Source: an uncultured Acidobacteriota bacterium (GTDB lineage: Bacteria; Acidobacteriota; Thermoanaerobaculia; Multivoradales; UBA5704). From it: a DNA stretch of 64,000 nt. Location of the stretch: NCBI GenBank assembly GCA_963700145.1, contig OY969474.1, forward strand, positions 3,840,001 to 3,904,000, written 5' to 3'. Positions 10,125 to 22,522 of the stretch are shown here, piece by piece; positions within the stretch are counted from its first letter, which is position 1, and each line of letters begins with the position of its first letter. The notes below the pieces were generated by a model that saw nothing but the letters and a program-made list of their open reading frames with translations, was not told where the DNA came from and ran no database searches. A program made the position numbers and the translations under genes.

Positions 10125-10810
10125 GCGCGCTGCGTGTGTATGCGGTGGTGCGGGCGGGGGCTGGCGAGCCGGTAGAAAAAGGCGCAAGTGGGGAGACGCT
10201 GCGGCTGGTCGCGTGCGGGGAGATCGCGGCGGTCGTGGGAGAGGCGGCGGATGTTTCGCTCTCGGCGGAGGCGCTGCGGCGGCACGACGAGACGGTCCGC
10301 CGGCTGGCGCTCGAGCTGGATCCGCTGCTGCCCGCCCGTTTCGGCGAGACGGCGCCGGACGAGGCGGCGCTCGTGCGGGCGCTGGCGCCGCGGGCGGCCG
10401 AGCTGGCGGAGGCGCTGGCGCGGGTCGCCGGCTGCGTGCAGATGACGCTTCGGGTGTTCGGGGAGAGCACGGAAGCGCCCGCGCCGGCCCTGCCCGAGAT
10501 CCTCGACGCGCCTCTCGCCGGGCCGGGCACGCGCTACCTCCTCCAGCGCCGCCTGGAGGCGGAGCGGGCGCGCTCACTGCCCGAGATCGCCGAGCTACGC
10601 GCCGCGCTCGCCCCGCTGCTGCGCGCCGAGCGGGTGGAGCGGCACGCCGCCGGCCGCCTCCTCGCCACCGCCTACGATCTGGTGGCCCGCGGCGACGCGC
10701 CGCGCTACGCCGAGCTGGTGCGGAGCGCCGCGGCCCGCGCCGACGGCCCGCGGGTCGCCCTCTCCGGCCCCTGGCCCCCCTACGCCTTCGCCCCGGAGGT
10801 GGGCCCGTGA
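10121..10810 (+). CDS. GvpL/GvpF family gas vesicle protein
   Basis: VYAVV, RRHDETV, LLPARFG, SGPWPPYAF. Confidence 0.82.
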   Translation: MSALRVYAVVRAGAGEPVEKGASGETLRLVACGEIAAVVGEAADVSLSAEALRRHDETVRRLALELDPLLPARFGETAPDEAALVRALAPRAAELAEALARVAGCVQMTLRVFGESTEAPAPALPEILDAPLAGPGTRYLLQRRLEAERARSLPEIAELRAALAPLLRAERVERHAAGRLLATAYDLVARGDAPRYAELVRSAAARADGPRVALSGPWPPYAFAPEVGP

Positions 10811-11157
10811 GCGAGCGGGAGGCGCTGCGGCTGGAGATCGAGGAGCTGGAGGGCATGCGCGCCGAGCTAGAGCGCCGCCTAGCCGCCCAGCCCGCCCCGT
10901 GCTGGAACGCCGCCCCCGAAGACGTCGAGCGCTCGGTAGCCCAGCTCGTCCTCGCCCTCGTCGAGTTTCTCCGCAAGCTGATGGAGCGCCAAGCCATCCG
11001 CCGCATGGAGCAAGAGACCCTCACCCCCGACCAGGTCGAAAAGCTCGGCATCGCCCTGATGAAGCTCGAAGAAACCGTCCACGACCTCGCCCGCCGCTTC
11101 GGAATCCGCCCCGAAGACCTCAACTTGGATCTCGGGCCTATCGGGAAGCTGACTTAG
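10807..11157 (+). CDS. gvpK: Gas vesicle protein GvpK
   Basis: VAQLVLALVEFLRKLMERQAIRRME...EDLNLDLGPIGKL; GTGA overlap. Confidence 0.9.
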   Translation: MSEREALRLEIEELEGMRAELERRLAAQPAPCWNAAPEDVERSVAQLVLALVEFLRKLMERQAIRRMEQETLTPDQVEKLGIALMKLEETVHDLARRFGIRPEDLNLDLGPIGKLT

Positions 11158-11188
11158 GAAGGGAAGAGATCCGCGCGGGGCGGATAGT

Positions 11189-11360
11189 GCCGCGTGAGAT
11201 GCCGGGCCACCCGGCCCGCGAAAGAGTCGCGCCGCTTCGCGGTTCCCGGTCAGGACCGGTAGCGGCGGCAGAATCAGGTCGGCTCCGTTCGCGGACGTTG
11301 GTGGTGACTTCACCGGAACGCGACGCTTTCGCTGGCCTCTGGCCCGGCACATCACGCGGC
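11189..11360. repeat. Long imperfect inverted repeat (about 43-bp arms)
   Basis: 11189-11231 GCCGCGTGAGATGCCGGGCCACCCGGCCCGCGAAAGAGTCGCG matches the reverse complement of 11319-11360. Confidence 0.8.
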
Positions 11361-11417
11361 GCCATGACTCGGGACTCTGAAGTGACGTCCGGCAGAGAAA
11401 GACGGAACGATCCCTCC

Positions 11418-11524
11418 TTGTCATCCTGAGCGAGAGCGAAGGATCTGGGCGGGGGGCGGCGCGATGCTGGTGGGTCTATGCGCCCACCCTTCCCCCAGAT
11501 CCCTCGCTCACGCTCGGGATGACA
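11418..11524. repeat. Inverted doublet of REP-like elements (REPIN/BIME-like)
   Basis: TGTCATCCTGAGCGAGAGCGAAGGATCTGGG and the inverted CCCAGATCCCTCGCTCACGCTCGGGATGACA. Confidence 0.8.
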
Positions 11525-11542
11525 TATGCAGTGGCTCCACCG

Positions 11543-11725
11543 CCGGTTCTAGGGCCCGGAGGTCTCTGGAGCGCCGGGCGCTCCGTCCGCTCCCCCTGGC
11601 CGTCCACCGTGCGAGGCGCCGGAGCCACCGCCGTGTTGGCCGGCAACCCCCTCTGTACCAGCACGCGCAGCGCGGACATCAAGGAGCGCCCCGGCGCGGA
11701 GGAGACCTCCGGGACCCCACACCGG
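11543..11725. repeat. Third long imperfect inverted repeat
   Basis: CCCGGAGGTCTCTGGAGCGCCGGGCGCTCC pairs with GGAGCGCCCCGGCGCGGAGGAGACCTCCGGG. Confidence 0.7.
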
Positions 11726-11770
11726 AACGGCCGCAGCAAGCGGCTGGGAGGGGGAAGGGTGAGAAGCCGG

Positions 11771-11808
11771 TTGACGGAATCGGTACTGAATTGGTACTGT
11801 TTCAGTCC
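11771..11808 (+). promoter_or_regulatory. suf promoter with probable Rrf2/SufR operators
   Basis: TTGACG-N18-TACTGT; overlapping dyads GGTACTGAATTGGTAC and GGTACTGTTTCAGTCC. Confidence 0.55.
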
Positions 11809-11824
11809 ACGGGGGTGGAAAAGC

Positions 11825-12295
11825 ATGATCAGGATCACCCGGCAAACCGACTACGGCATCGTCCTGCTGAGCCATCTCGCGTCCAATGCCGAGCGGCGCT
11901 ACAACGCCCCGGAGCTGGCCGCCGAGGCCCATCTGCCCGTGCCGATGGTCGCCAAGATCCTGAAACTACTCGCCCGCGAGGGGCTTCTCGTGTCCCACCG
12001 CGGCGTCAAAGGCGGCTACAGCCTCGCCCGCCTCCCCGAGACCATCTCCATGGCCGAAATCATCACCGCCCTCGAAGGCCCCATCGCCCTGACCGAGTGC
12101 GTCGAAGAGACCGGCGTCTGCGTCCACGAGCCCATCTGCCCGTCGCGCAGCAACTGGCACGTCATCAGCCGCGCCGTGCGCCGGGCCCTCGAAGGGATCA
12201 CCCTGGCCGAGATGATCCACCCGCTCCCAGCCGCCGCCAAGCTGGTCACCCTGGGCTCCGGCCGCGCTGCGGCCCCGGCCCCGGCCAACATCTGA
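11825..12295 (+). CDS. sufR: SUF system Fe-S cluster assembly regulator (Rrf2 family)
   Basis: [15 protein letters not shown]...[13 protein letters not shown]...EGPIALTEC...C...C; ATG 11825. Confidence 0.88.
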   Translation: MIRITRQTDYGIVLLSHLASNAERRYNAPELAAEAHLPVPMVAKILKLLAREGLLVSHRGVKGGYSLARLPETISMAEIITALEGPIALTECVEETGVCVHEPICPSRSNWHVISRAVRRALEGITLAEMIHPLPAAAKLVTLGSGRAAAPAPANI

Positions 12296-12306
12296 CGAGG
12301 ACGCCC

Positions 12307-14545
<2,239 letters not shown>

Positions 14546-14547
14546 CG

Positions 14548-15900
14548 ATGGCCACGACCCTGGAGACGCCGGCGACCGGCGTCGCCGCCGACGCCAGGAG
14601 CGGCTTCCTCGCCGACTGGGAGCGCTTCACGGCCGGGCGGCCGCGCAGCGAGCCGGCGGCCTTGGCCGCCCTCCGCCGGCGCGCCATCGAGCGCTTCGCC
14701 GAGCTCGGCTTCCCGTCGCAGCGCCAGGAGGAGTGGCGCTTCATCGACTTCGCGGCGCTCTCGAAGCTCGTCTTCCGGCGCGACGAGGCGGGGGAGTTCG
14801 CGCCCACCGAGGCCGAGGTGGCGCCGCACCGCATCCCGGGCGCGATCGAGCTGGTCTTCGCCAACGGCCGCTACGTGCCGCAGCTCTCACGCCTCGAGGG
14901 GCTGCCGGCCGGCGCCGTCGTGTCGGGGCTCGCCGAGCTCCTGGCGCGCGATCCGGAGCGCACCCTGCCGCTCCTCGGCCGCTACGCGAGCTCCGAGCGA
15001 CACCCGTTCGTCGCGCTCGCCACCGCCTTCCTCGCCGACGGCGCGTACGTCGAGCTGACGGCCGGGACGGTGCTCGCGGCGCCGGTGCACCTGATCTTCC
15101 TCTCCCGGGGCGACGGGATCGCGTCGTTCCCACGCGTCCTCGCCGTCGCCGGCGAGGCGTCGCAGCTCACCCTGGTCGAGACCTACGCCGGCGACGGCGC
15201 CTACTTCACGGCGCCGGTGACCGAGCTGGTCGCCGGGCCGGCCGCGGTCGTCGACCACTACAAGGTGCAGCGCGAGGGCCTCGGGGCCTTCCACCTCGCC
15301 ACCTTCCAGCTCCAGGCCGAGCGGTCGAGCGCGCCGTCGTCGCATTCGCTCGCCTTCGGCGGCGGGCTGGTGCGCAACGACGTCAACGCCGTCCTCGCCG
15401 GCGAGGGGGTGGACTGCATCCTCAACGGCCTCTACGTCCTCGAGGGGCGGCAGCTCGTGGACAACCACATGCGCGTCGAGCACGCGGCGCCCCACTGCGG
15501 CAGCCACGAGCTGTACAAGGGCGTCCTCGACGGCCACGCGCGCGCCGTCTTCAACGGTCTCATCTACGTCCACCCCGGAGCGCAGAAGACCGACGCCAAG
15601 CAGAGCAACCGCAACCTCCTGCTGTCGCGTCACGCCGTCGCCAACTCCAACCCGCAGCTCGAGATCTTCGCCGACGACGTCAAGTGCACCCACGGCTCGA
15701 CCGTCGGCCAGCTCGACGACGACGCCATCTTCTACCTGCGGTCGCGCGGCATCGGCGCCGACGCGGCGCGCAGCCTCCTCACCTACGCCTTCGCCAGCGA
15801 CATCGTGGCGCGGATCAAGGTCGAGGCGGTGCGCCACGACCTCGAGGAGTTCCTCTTCGCCCGGCTCCCCAAGGGGGAGATCGTGCGCCAGGCGGTGTGA
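14548..15900 (+). CDS. sufD: Fe-S cluster assembly protein SufD
   Basis: EEWRF, AQKTDAKQSNRNLLL, PQLEIFADDVKCTHGSTVG, FYLRSRGI. Confidence 0.95.
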   Translation: MATTLETPATGVAADARSGFLADWERFTAGRPRSEPAALAALRRRAIERFAELGFPSQRQEEWRFIDFAALSKLVFRRDEAGEFAPTEAEVAPHRIPGAIELVFANGRYVPQLSRLEGLPAGAVVSGLAELLARDPERTLPLLGRYASSERHPFVALATAFLADGAYVELTAGTVLAAPVHLIFLSRGDGIASFPRVLAVAGEASQLTLVETYAGDGAYFTAPVTELVAGPAAVVDHYKVQREGLGAFHLATFQLQAERSSAPSSHSLAFGGGLVRNDVNAVLAGEGVDCILNGLYVLEGRQLVDNHMRVEHAAPHCGSHELYKGVLDGHARAVFNGLIYVHPGAQKTDAKQSNRNLLLSRHAVANSNPQLEIFADDVKCTHGSTVGQLDDDAIFYLRSRGIGADAARSLLTYAFASDIVARIKVEAVRHDLEEFLFARLPKGEIVRQAV

Positions 15901-15902
15901 CG

Positions 15903-17167
<1,265 letters not shown>

Positions 17168-17171
<4 letters not shown>

Positions 17172-17632
17172 CCGTCGCCGACCTCTCCGATCTCTACCAG
17201 GAGGTCATCCTCGACCACAACCGCAGACCGCGGAACTTTGGCGAGCTGCCGGCGGCCAACCGCACGGCGCGCGGCCACAACCCGCTGTGCGGCGACAAGG
17301 TGACGCTCTTCGTGCAGGTCGCCGGGGACCGCGTCGAGGACATCGCCTTCCAGGGCAGTGGCTGCGCCATCTCGATGGCGGCGGCGTCGCTGATGACCGA
17401 GGCGCTCAAGGGGGTGCCCGTCGAGGAGGCGCAGTCTCTCTTCGAGGGCTTCCACCGCCTGGTCACCAGCCGCCCCGGCGAGCCGGTCGAGGTGCCGGCC
17501 GAGCTGGGGAAGCTCGCCGTCTTCGCCGGCGTGCGCGACTACCCGGTGCGCGTCAAGTGCGCCACCCTTCCCTGGCACACCTTCAATGCGGCGCTCGCCG
17601 GCGGCGATGCGCGCCCCGTCTCGACGGAGTAA
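17168..17632 (+). CDS. sufU: SUF system NifU-like protein SufU
   Basis: LYQEVILDH, NPLCGD, GCAISMA, RVKCATL. Confidence 0.95.
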
Positions 17633-17634
17633 CC

Positions 17635-17985
17635 ATGTCCGAACCGATCGCCCCTCCCGTGCCCGCTCCGTTCGCCGCCTCCGACGACATCGAAGCCGGC
17701 GTCGTCGAGGCCCTCAAGTCGATCTTCGACCCCGAGATCCCGGTCAACATCTACGAGCTGGGCCTCATCTACGACCTGGAGGTCGCGCCCGACGGCCAGG
17801 TCGGGATCAAGATGACCCTGACCTCCCCGGCCTGCCCGGTCGCCGGCTCGCTGCCCCCCGAGGTCAAGGCGAAAGTGGAAAATGTGCCCGGCGTGACCGG
17901 CGCCGAGGTCGAGGTCGTGTGGGACCCGGTGTGGAACCCGTCGATGATGTCGGAGGCCGCCCGGCTGCAGCTCGGCATGTTCTAG
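17635..17985 (+). CDS. sufT: DUF59/SufT Fe-S assembly protein
   Basis: DPEIPVNIYELGLIY, MTLTSPACPVA, MSEAARLQLG; ATG 17635. Confidence 0.9.
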   Translation: MSEPIAPPVPAPFAASDDIEAGVVEALKSIFDPEIPVNIYELGLIYDLEVAPDGQVGIKMTLTSPACPVAGSLPPEVKAKVENVPGVTGAEVEVVWDPVWNPSMMSEAARLQLGMF

Positions 17986-18051
17986 CTGGACCGAAATCTG
18001 CATGAAGCGCGGCCGAGGGTCGCAGCCGAAACCAGTCCCTCGGGAGCCAGC

Positions 18052-19248
18052 GTGAAGAGCCAGCCTGTGCGCAAAACGCCGCCAGACGAGGGTGGAACCG
18101 TCGTTTCCTTCGAGGAGGAGAGGCACCGGTCCCCGCAGCCGGTGCCTCCGGGGATGGAGCCGATGGGGCGGCTGGCGGGCGGCATCGCGCACGTCTTCAA
18201 CAACATGCTGACGGCGATCCTCTGCGAGGCCGAGCTCGCTCTCCTCGGTCTCCCCAACGACCACCCGGCGCGCAAGCACCTGGCCGAGGTCGAGCGCACC
18301 GGCGAGCGCGGCGCCGCTTTGGCGCGGCAGCTCCTGGCCTTCAGCGGCCGCCAGGTGCTGACCCCGCGGCTGGTGCAGTGGAACGCCCTGCTGCGCAACA
18401 TGGGGGAGACCCTCCACCGCATCCTCGGCGACCGCGTGGAAGTGAAGCTCGTACTCGAGCCCGACCTCGACCGCGTCAACGGCGACCCCGTGCAGCTCGA
18501 GCAGGTCATCCTCAACCTCGCCGCCAACGCGCGCGAGGCGATGCCGGACGGCGGTACCTTCACTTTGGAAACCGCCAACGTCGGCGGCATCGGGGAGCGG
18601 CAGGTGCTGCTCAAGGTCACCGACACCGGCCGCGGCATGGACGACGAGGTGCGCACCCGCGCCTTCGAGCCCTTCTTCACCACCAAGGTCGGGGTCGAGG
18701 CGAGCGGCCTCGGGCTCTCGACGGTCTACGGCGTCGTCATCCAGAGCGGCGGCGACGTGCTGGTCGAGAGCGCGGCGGAGAAGGGGACGAGCCTCTACCT
18801 CTACTTCCCTTCGGCCGAAGAGGAGGGGCAGCGCGAGGTCAACCCGGACCGCGGCGCGCGCGGGCAGGAGTGGGAGACGATCCTCCTCGTCGAGGACGAG
18901 GACAACGTGCGCAAGCCGCTGGCCGAGATCCTCGCCAACCGCGGCTACAAGGTGCTCGACGCCGCCGACGCCGCCCAGGCGCTCGGTCTCTCGCAAGGGC
19001 ACCGCGGGCCGATCCACCTGATGGTCACCGACGTCCTGATGGCCGGCATGAGCGGCGTCGAGCTCGCCGACCGCCTCAGCTTCCAGCGCCCGGAGATGAA
19101 GGTCCTCTTCGCCACCGGCTACCCGGCCGGCCTCACCGAGGAGGGCAGCGGCACCCTCGTCCGCGAGGACGTGCCCCTGCTCAAGAAGCCCTTCACCGGC
19201 CGCATCCTCCTGGCCAAGGTCCGCGAAGTCCTCGACAGCCCGGACTAG
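18052..19248 (+). CDS. Hybrid histidine kinase/receiver (CckA-like) without an input domain
   Basis: GRLAGGIAHVFNNML, QVILNLAANAREAM, FEPFFTTK, GLGLSTVYG, C-terminal receiver ILLVEDE...KPF. Confidence 0.88.
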   Translation: MKSQPVRKTPPDEGGTVVSFEEERHRSPQPVPPGMEPMGRLAGGIAHVFNNMLTAILCEAELALLGLPNDHPARKHLAEVERTGERGAALARQLLAFSGRQVLTPRLVQWNALLRNMGETLHRILGDRVEVKLVLEPDLDRVNGDPVQLEQVILNLAANAREAMPDGGTFTLETANVGGIGERQVLLKVTDTGRGMDDEVRTRAFEPFFTTKVGVEASGLGLSTVYGVVIQSGGDVLVESAAEKGTSLYLYFPSAEEEGQREVNPDRGARGQEWETILLVEDEDNVRKPLAEILANRGYKVLDAADAAQALGLSQGHRGPIHLMVTDVLMAGMSGVELADRLSFQRPEMKVLFATGYPAGLTEEGSGTLVREDVPLLKKPFTGRILLAKVREVLDSPD

Positions 19249-19269
19249 CCCGCGGCAGGCCTGCGACCC

Positions 19270-19770
19270 GTGCAGCGCGAGTGGGCGATCCTCTGGCCGC
19301 AGCTCGGGGCGGCGATCGACATGCTCGAGAACGCGATGGACGCCTGTCCCGAGGAGCTGTGGGGCGACCGCTCGCAGCAGCCGGAGTTCTGGTACCTCGT
19401 CTTCCACACCCTCTTCTTCCTCGACTACTACCTCGCCGACTCGCCCGCGGGCTTCGCGCCGCCGGCGCCGTTCACGCTCGACGAGCTGGACCCGGCGGGG
19501 GTGCTGCCGGAGCGGCCGTACACGAAGGACGAGCTGCGCGCCTACCTCGCGCACGGCCGCGCCAAGTGCCGGGCGGCGATCGCGGCGCTCGACGACGAGA
19601 CGGCGCGCGAGCGCCGCACCTTCCCGATCGGCGAGGCCAGCGTCGTCGAGCTGCTGCTCTACAACCTGCGCCACGTCCAGCACCACACGGCGCAGCTCAA
19701 CCTGATCCTGCGCCAGCGCACCGACTCGGCCCCGGGCTGGGTCCGCCGGGCGAAGGACGCGCTCGACTGA
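19270..19770 (+). CDS. DinB family protein
   Basis: FWYLVFHTLFFLDYY...LYNLRHVQHHTAQL. Confidence 0.85.
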   Translation: MQREWAILWPQLGAAIDMLENAMDACPEELWGDRSQQPEFWYLVFHTLFFLDYYLADSPAGFAPPAPFTLDELDPAGVLPERPYTKDELRAYLAHGRAKCRAAIAALDDETARERRTFPIGEASVVELLLYNLRHVQHHTAQLNLILRQRTDSAPGWVRRAKDALD

Positions 19771-19775
19771 CGTTC

Positions 19776-20177
19776 GTGCCCCCTTCCGTGACCCTCGACG
19801 TCCTCCTGGAGCCCTTCGCCGTCGTGCGCCTCACCGCCGACGCCGCCGTGCCGGAGTGGGCGCGGGGCGCCGTCGCCCTCGTCTCGGTGACGCGCACCGC
19901 CGACGAGCTCTCGATCGTTTGCCCCGAGGCCGCCGTGCCCCCCAACCTGCCGGCACAGCGCGGCTTCCGCGGCCTCCGCGTGCGCGGGCCGCTCGACTTC
20001 TCCGCCGTCGGCGTCCTCGCCTCCCTCGCCGGCCCCCTCGCCGCGGCCGGCGTCAGCCTCTTCGCCCTCTCGACCTACGACACCGACTACCTCCTCGTCC
20101 GCGCCGCCGACCTCGAGCGCGCCGTCGCGGCCCTCGCCGGAGCGGGGCACGCCCTGGCGCCCGCCGCCGAGTTGTAG
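19776..20177 (+). CDS. ACT domain protein
   Basis: SVTRTADELSIVC, GPLDFSAVGVLA, LSTYDTDYLLV; start GTG 19776 or 19788. Confidence 0.85.
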   Translation: MPPSVTLDVLLEPFAVVRLTADAAVPEWARGAVALVSVTRTADELSIVCPEAAVPPNLPAQRGFRGLRVRGPLDFSAVGVLASLAGPLAAAGVSLFALSTYDTDYLLVRAADLERAVAALAGAGHALAPAAEL

Positions 20178-20208
20178 GCTAGGGGGGCTACCCGACAGAG
20201 GAGGTGGG

Positions 20209-21588
20209 ATGGCGCCCGAGACGCCGGAGCCCATGCCGGATTTGCTTCAGGACGCCGCGGCCCGCGCGGCGCGCTATCTCGACGGGCTGGCCGCCCGCCG
20301 GGTGGCGCCGTCGGCGGATGCCGTGCGCGGCCTCGCGGCGTGGGACACCCCCATGCCCGCGGGCCCGACCCCCGCCGCCGAGGTGCTGCGGCTCCTCGAC
20401 GAGGTGGGCTCGCCGGCGACCATGGGCATGGCGGGCGGACGCTTCTTCGGCTTCGTCATCGGCGGTGCGCTGCCCGCGACCGTGGCGGCGAGCTGGCTGG
20501 CGACGGCGTGGGACCAGAACACCGGCCTCCAGACCATTACCCCGGCGACCTCGGAGCTGGAGCGCATCGCGCTCGGCTGGCTGGTCGACCTCCTGGGCTT
20601 GCCGCCCGGCACCGGCGGCGGCTACGTCACCGGGGCCACCGTCGCCAACTTCACCGCCCTCGCCGCCGCCCGCCACGCGGTGCTGCGGCAGGCGGGATGG
20701 GACGTCGAGGCCGACGGCCTCTTCGGCGCGCCGCCGGTCACCGTCGTGGTGGGGGAGGAGGCGCACCCCACGCTCCACAAGGCGCTCGGCCTCCTCGGGC
20801 TCGGCCGCGCGCGCGTCGCGACCGTGCCGGTGGACGGCCAGGGGCGCATGCGCGCAAGCGCCCTGCCGCGCCTGGCGCCGCCGGCGATCGTCTGCCTGCA
20901 GGCGGGCAACGTGAACACCGGCGCCTTCGATCCCGCTCCCGAGATCGTGCCGCGCGCCCGCGAGGCGGGCGCCTGGGTGCACGTGGACGGCGCCTTCGGG
21001 CTGTGGGCCGCGGCCTCGCCCCGGCTCGCCCACCTCGCGGCGGGCTTCGGCGACGCCGACTCCTGGGCCACCGACGCGCACAAGTGGCTCAACGTGCCCT
21101 ACGACTCGGGACTCGCCTTTGCGCGCGACCCCGAGGCGCTGCGCGCGGCGATGTCGGTGCGCGCCGCGTATCTGCCGACCGCCGAGCGCAACCCCTCCGA
21201 CTTCACGCCCGAGCTGTCGCGGCGGGGGCGCGGCGTCGAGGTGTGGGCGGCGCTGCGCGCCCTCGGCCGCTCCGGCATCGCCGAGCTGGTCGAGCGCAAC
21301 TGCCGGCAGGCGCGGCGCTTCGCCGAGGGCCTCGCGGCGGCCGGGCACGAGGTGCTCAACGAGGTCGTGCTCAACCAGGTGCTGGTCGCCTTCGGGCCGC
21401 CGGCGACGACCGAGCGCGTCGTCGCCGCCGTCCAGGAGGACGGCACCTGCTGGTGCGGCCCGACCGTCTGGCAGGGCCGCACCGCGATGCGCATCAGCGT
21501 CTCCTCCTGGGCCACGACCGACGAGGACGTCGAGAAGAGCCTCGACGCCATGCTCCGCGCCGCGGCGCGCGAGGGAGCGGGGCGCTAG
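20209..21588 (+). CDS. PLP-dependent group II amino-acid decarboxylase
   Basis: WVHVDGAFGL, DSWATDAHKWLNVPYDSG. Confidence 0.9.
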   Translation: MAPETPEPMPDLLQDAAARAARYLDGLAARRVAPSADAVRGLAAWDTPMPAGPTPAAEVLRLLDEVGSPATMGMAGGRFFGFVIGGALPATVAASWLATAWDQNTGLQTITPATSELERIALGWLVDLLGLPPGTGGGYVTGATVANFTALAAARHAVLRQAGWDVEADGLFGAPPVTVVVGEEAHPTLHKALGLLGLGRARVATVPVDGQGRMRASALPRLAPPAIVCLQAGNVNTGAFDPAPEIVPRAREAGAWVHVDGAFGLWAAASPRLAHLAAGFGDADSWATDAHKWLNVPYDSGLAFARDPEALRAAMSVRAAYLPTAERNPSDFTPELSRRGRGVEVWAALRALGRSGIAELVERNCRQARRFAEGLAAAGHEVLNEVVLNQVLVAFGPPATTERVVAAVQEDGTCWCGPTVWQGRTAMRISVSSWATTDEDVEKSLDAMLRAAAREGAGR

Positions 21589-21596
21589 CGCCGGCC

Positions 21597-22481
21597 ATGG
21601 CCGCCCTGCCCGAGCCCGGTCCCGCCCGCGAGGCGCCGCCGCCGGTGCCGGTCGCCTTCGTCAAGTACTACGACAAGGGATCGACGCTGATGGGGGCGCA
21701 CCAGATCGCCGACGGCCTGGCGGCGCGCGGCTGGCAGGCGCGCGCCATCTACGCCCGCGAGCTGCCGGCGGTGCGCCGCGGCATCCTGGTCTTCATCAAG
21801 ACCTCGCGGCTCGACCACCTGCTCGCCGCCCGCGCGCGCGGCAACCGCCTCGTCCTCGACGTTCAGGACACGGTGGTCTTCAAGCGGCGGATCAAGAACC
21901 GCTGGCTCTACGACGCGCTGATCCTCAAGAACCGGCGCCAGCTCGCCGACTTCGGCCGGCCGGGCCGCGCCGACTGCCTCATCTACCACCAGTGGGACCC
22001 GCGCTACGCGCCGAACCGCGCGCCGCAGGACCGGCTGGAGGTCGCCTACGTCGGGCTGCCGCGCTCGTTCGACCTCTGGGGGCGGCTGCCCGGCGTCGCC
22101 TGCGTCGAGGACGGGCTCGCCGCCGGCGCCGCCAGCGGCTTCAACTGCCACCTCTCGGTCCGCCGGCAAGGCCGCGAGTTCCTCTACAAGCCGAACTGCA
22201 AGGTCTCGACCGCCGCCGCCTGCGACGCCGTCCTGGTCACCACGCGCGACGTGACGACCGTCGAGCTCCTCGGGGAGGACTACCCCTTCTTCTGCGAGCC
22301 GGAGCCGGGCGCCATCCAGGACGCGCTCGAGCGGGCGCGCGCCGCGCTCGGCAGCCGCGCCTGGCAGGAGGCGCGGGCCCGCCTCCGCGCCGTGCGCGAG
22401 CGCACCAGCCTCGAGCGCGTGCTCGACGACTACGAGGCCCTCCTCCGCGGCCTCGGGTCGCCCCCGGTGGGCGTCCGGTGA
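21597..22481 (+). CDS. Putative glycosyltransferase (GT-B-like)
   Basis: ATG 21597; LVFIK...LVLDVQD, YKPNCKVSTAAAC; adjacent to a GT14 gene. Confidence 0.55.
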   Translation: MAALPEPGPAREAPPPVPVAFVKYYDKGSTLMGAHQIADGLAARGWQARAIYARELPAVRRGILVFIKTSRLDHLLAARARGNRLVLDVQDTVVFKRRIKNRWLYDALILKNRRQLADFGRPGRADCLIYHQWDPRYAPNRAPQDRLEVAYVGLPRSFDLWGRLPGVACVEDGLAAGAASGFNCHLSVRRQGREFLYKPNCKVSTAAACDAVLVTTRDVTTVELLGEDYPFFCEPEPGAIQDALERARAALGSRAWQEARARLRAVRERTSLERVLDDYEALLRGLGSPPVGVR

Positions 22482-22522
22482 ACGCCACGCCGGGACGCCC
22501 GCCCATGCCAGATTGGTGAGCG

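Noticed and set aside
11245-11272. SRP RNA (GGTCAGGACCGG resembles the domain IV motif)
   Set aside because: The conserved GGAAGGAAGCAGC loop sequence is not present
11464-12306. Long N-terminal extensions of SufB (from 11464) and SufR (from 11519)
   Set aside because: They run through repeat DNA or overlap sufR; homology starts at 12307 and 11825
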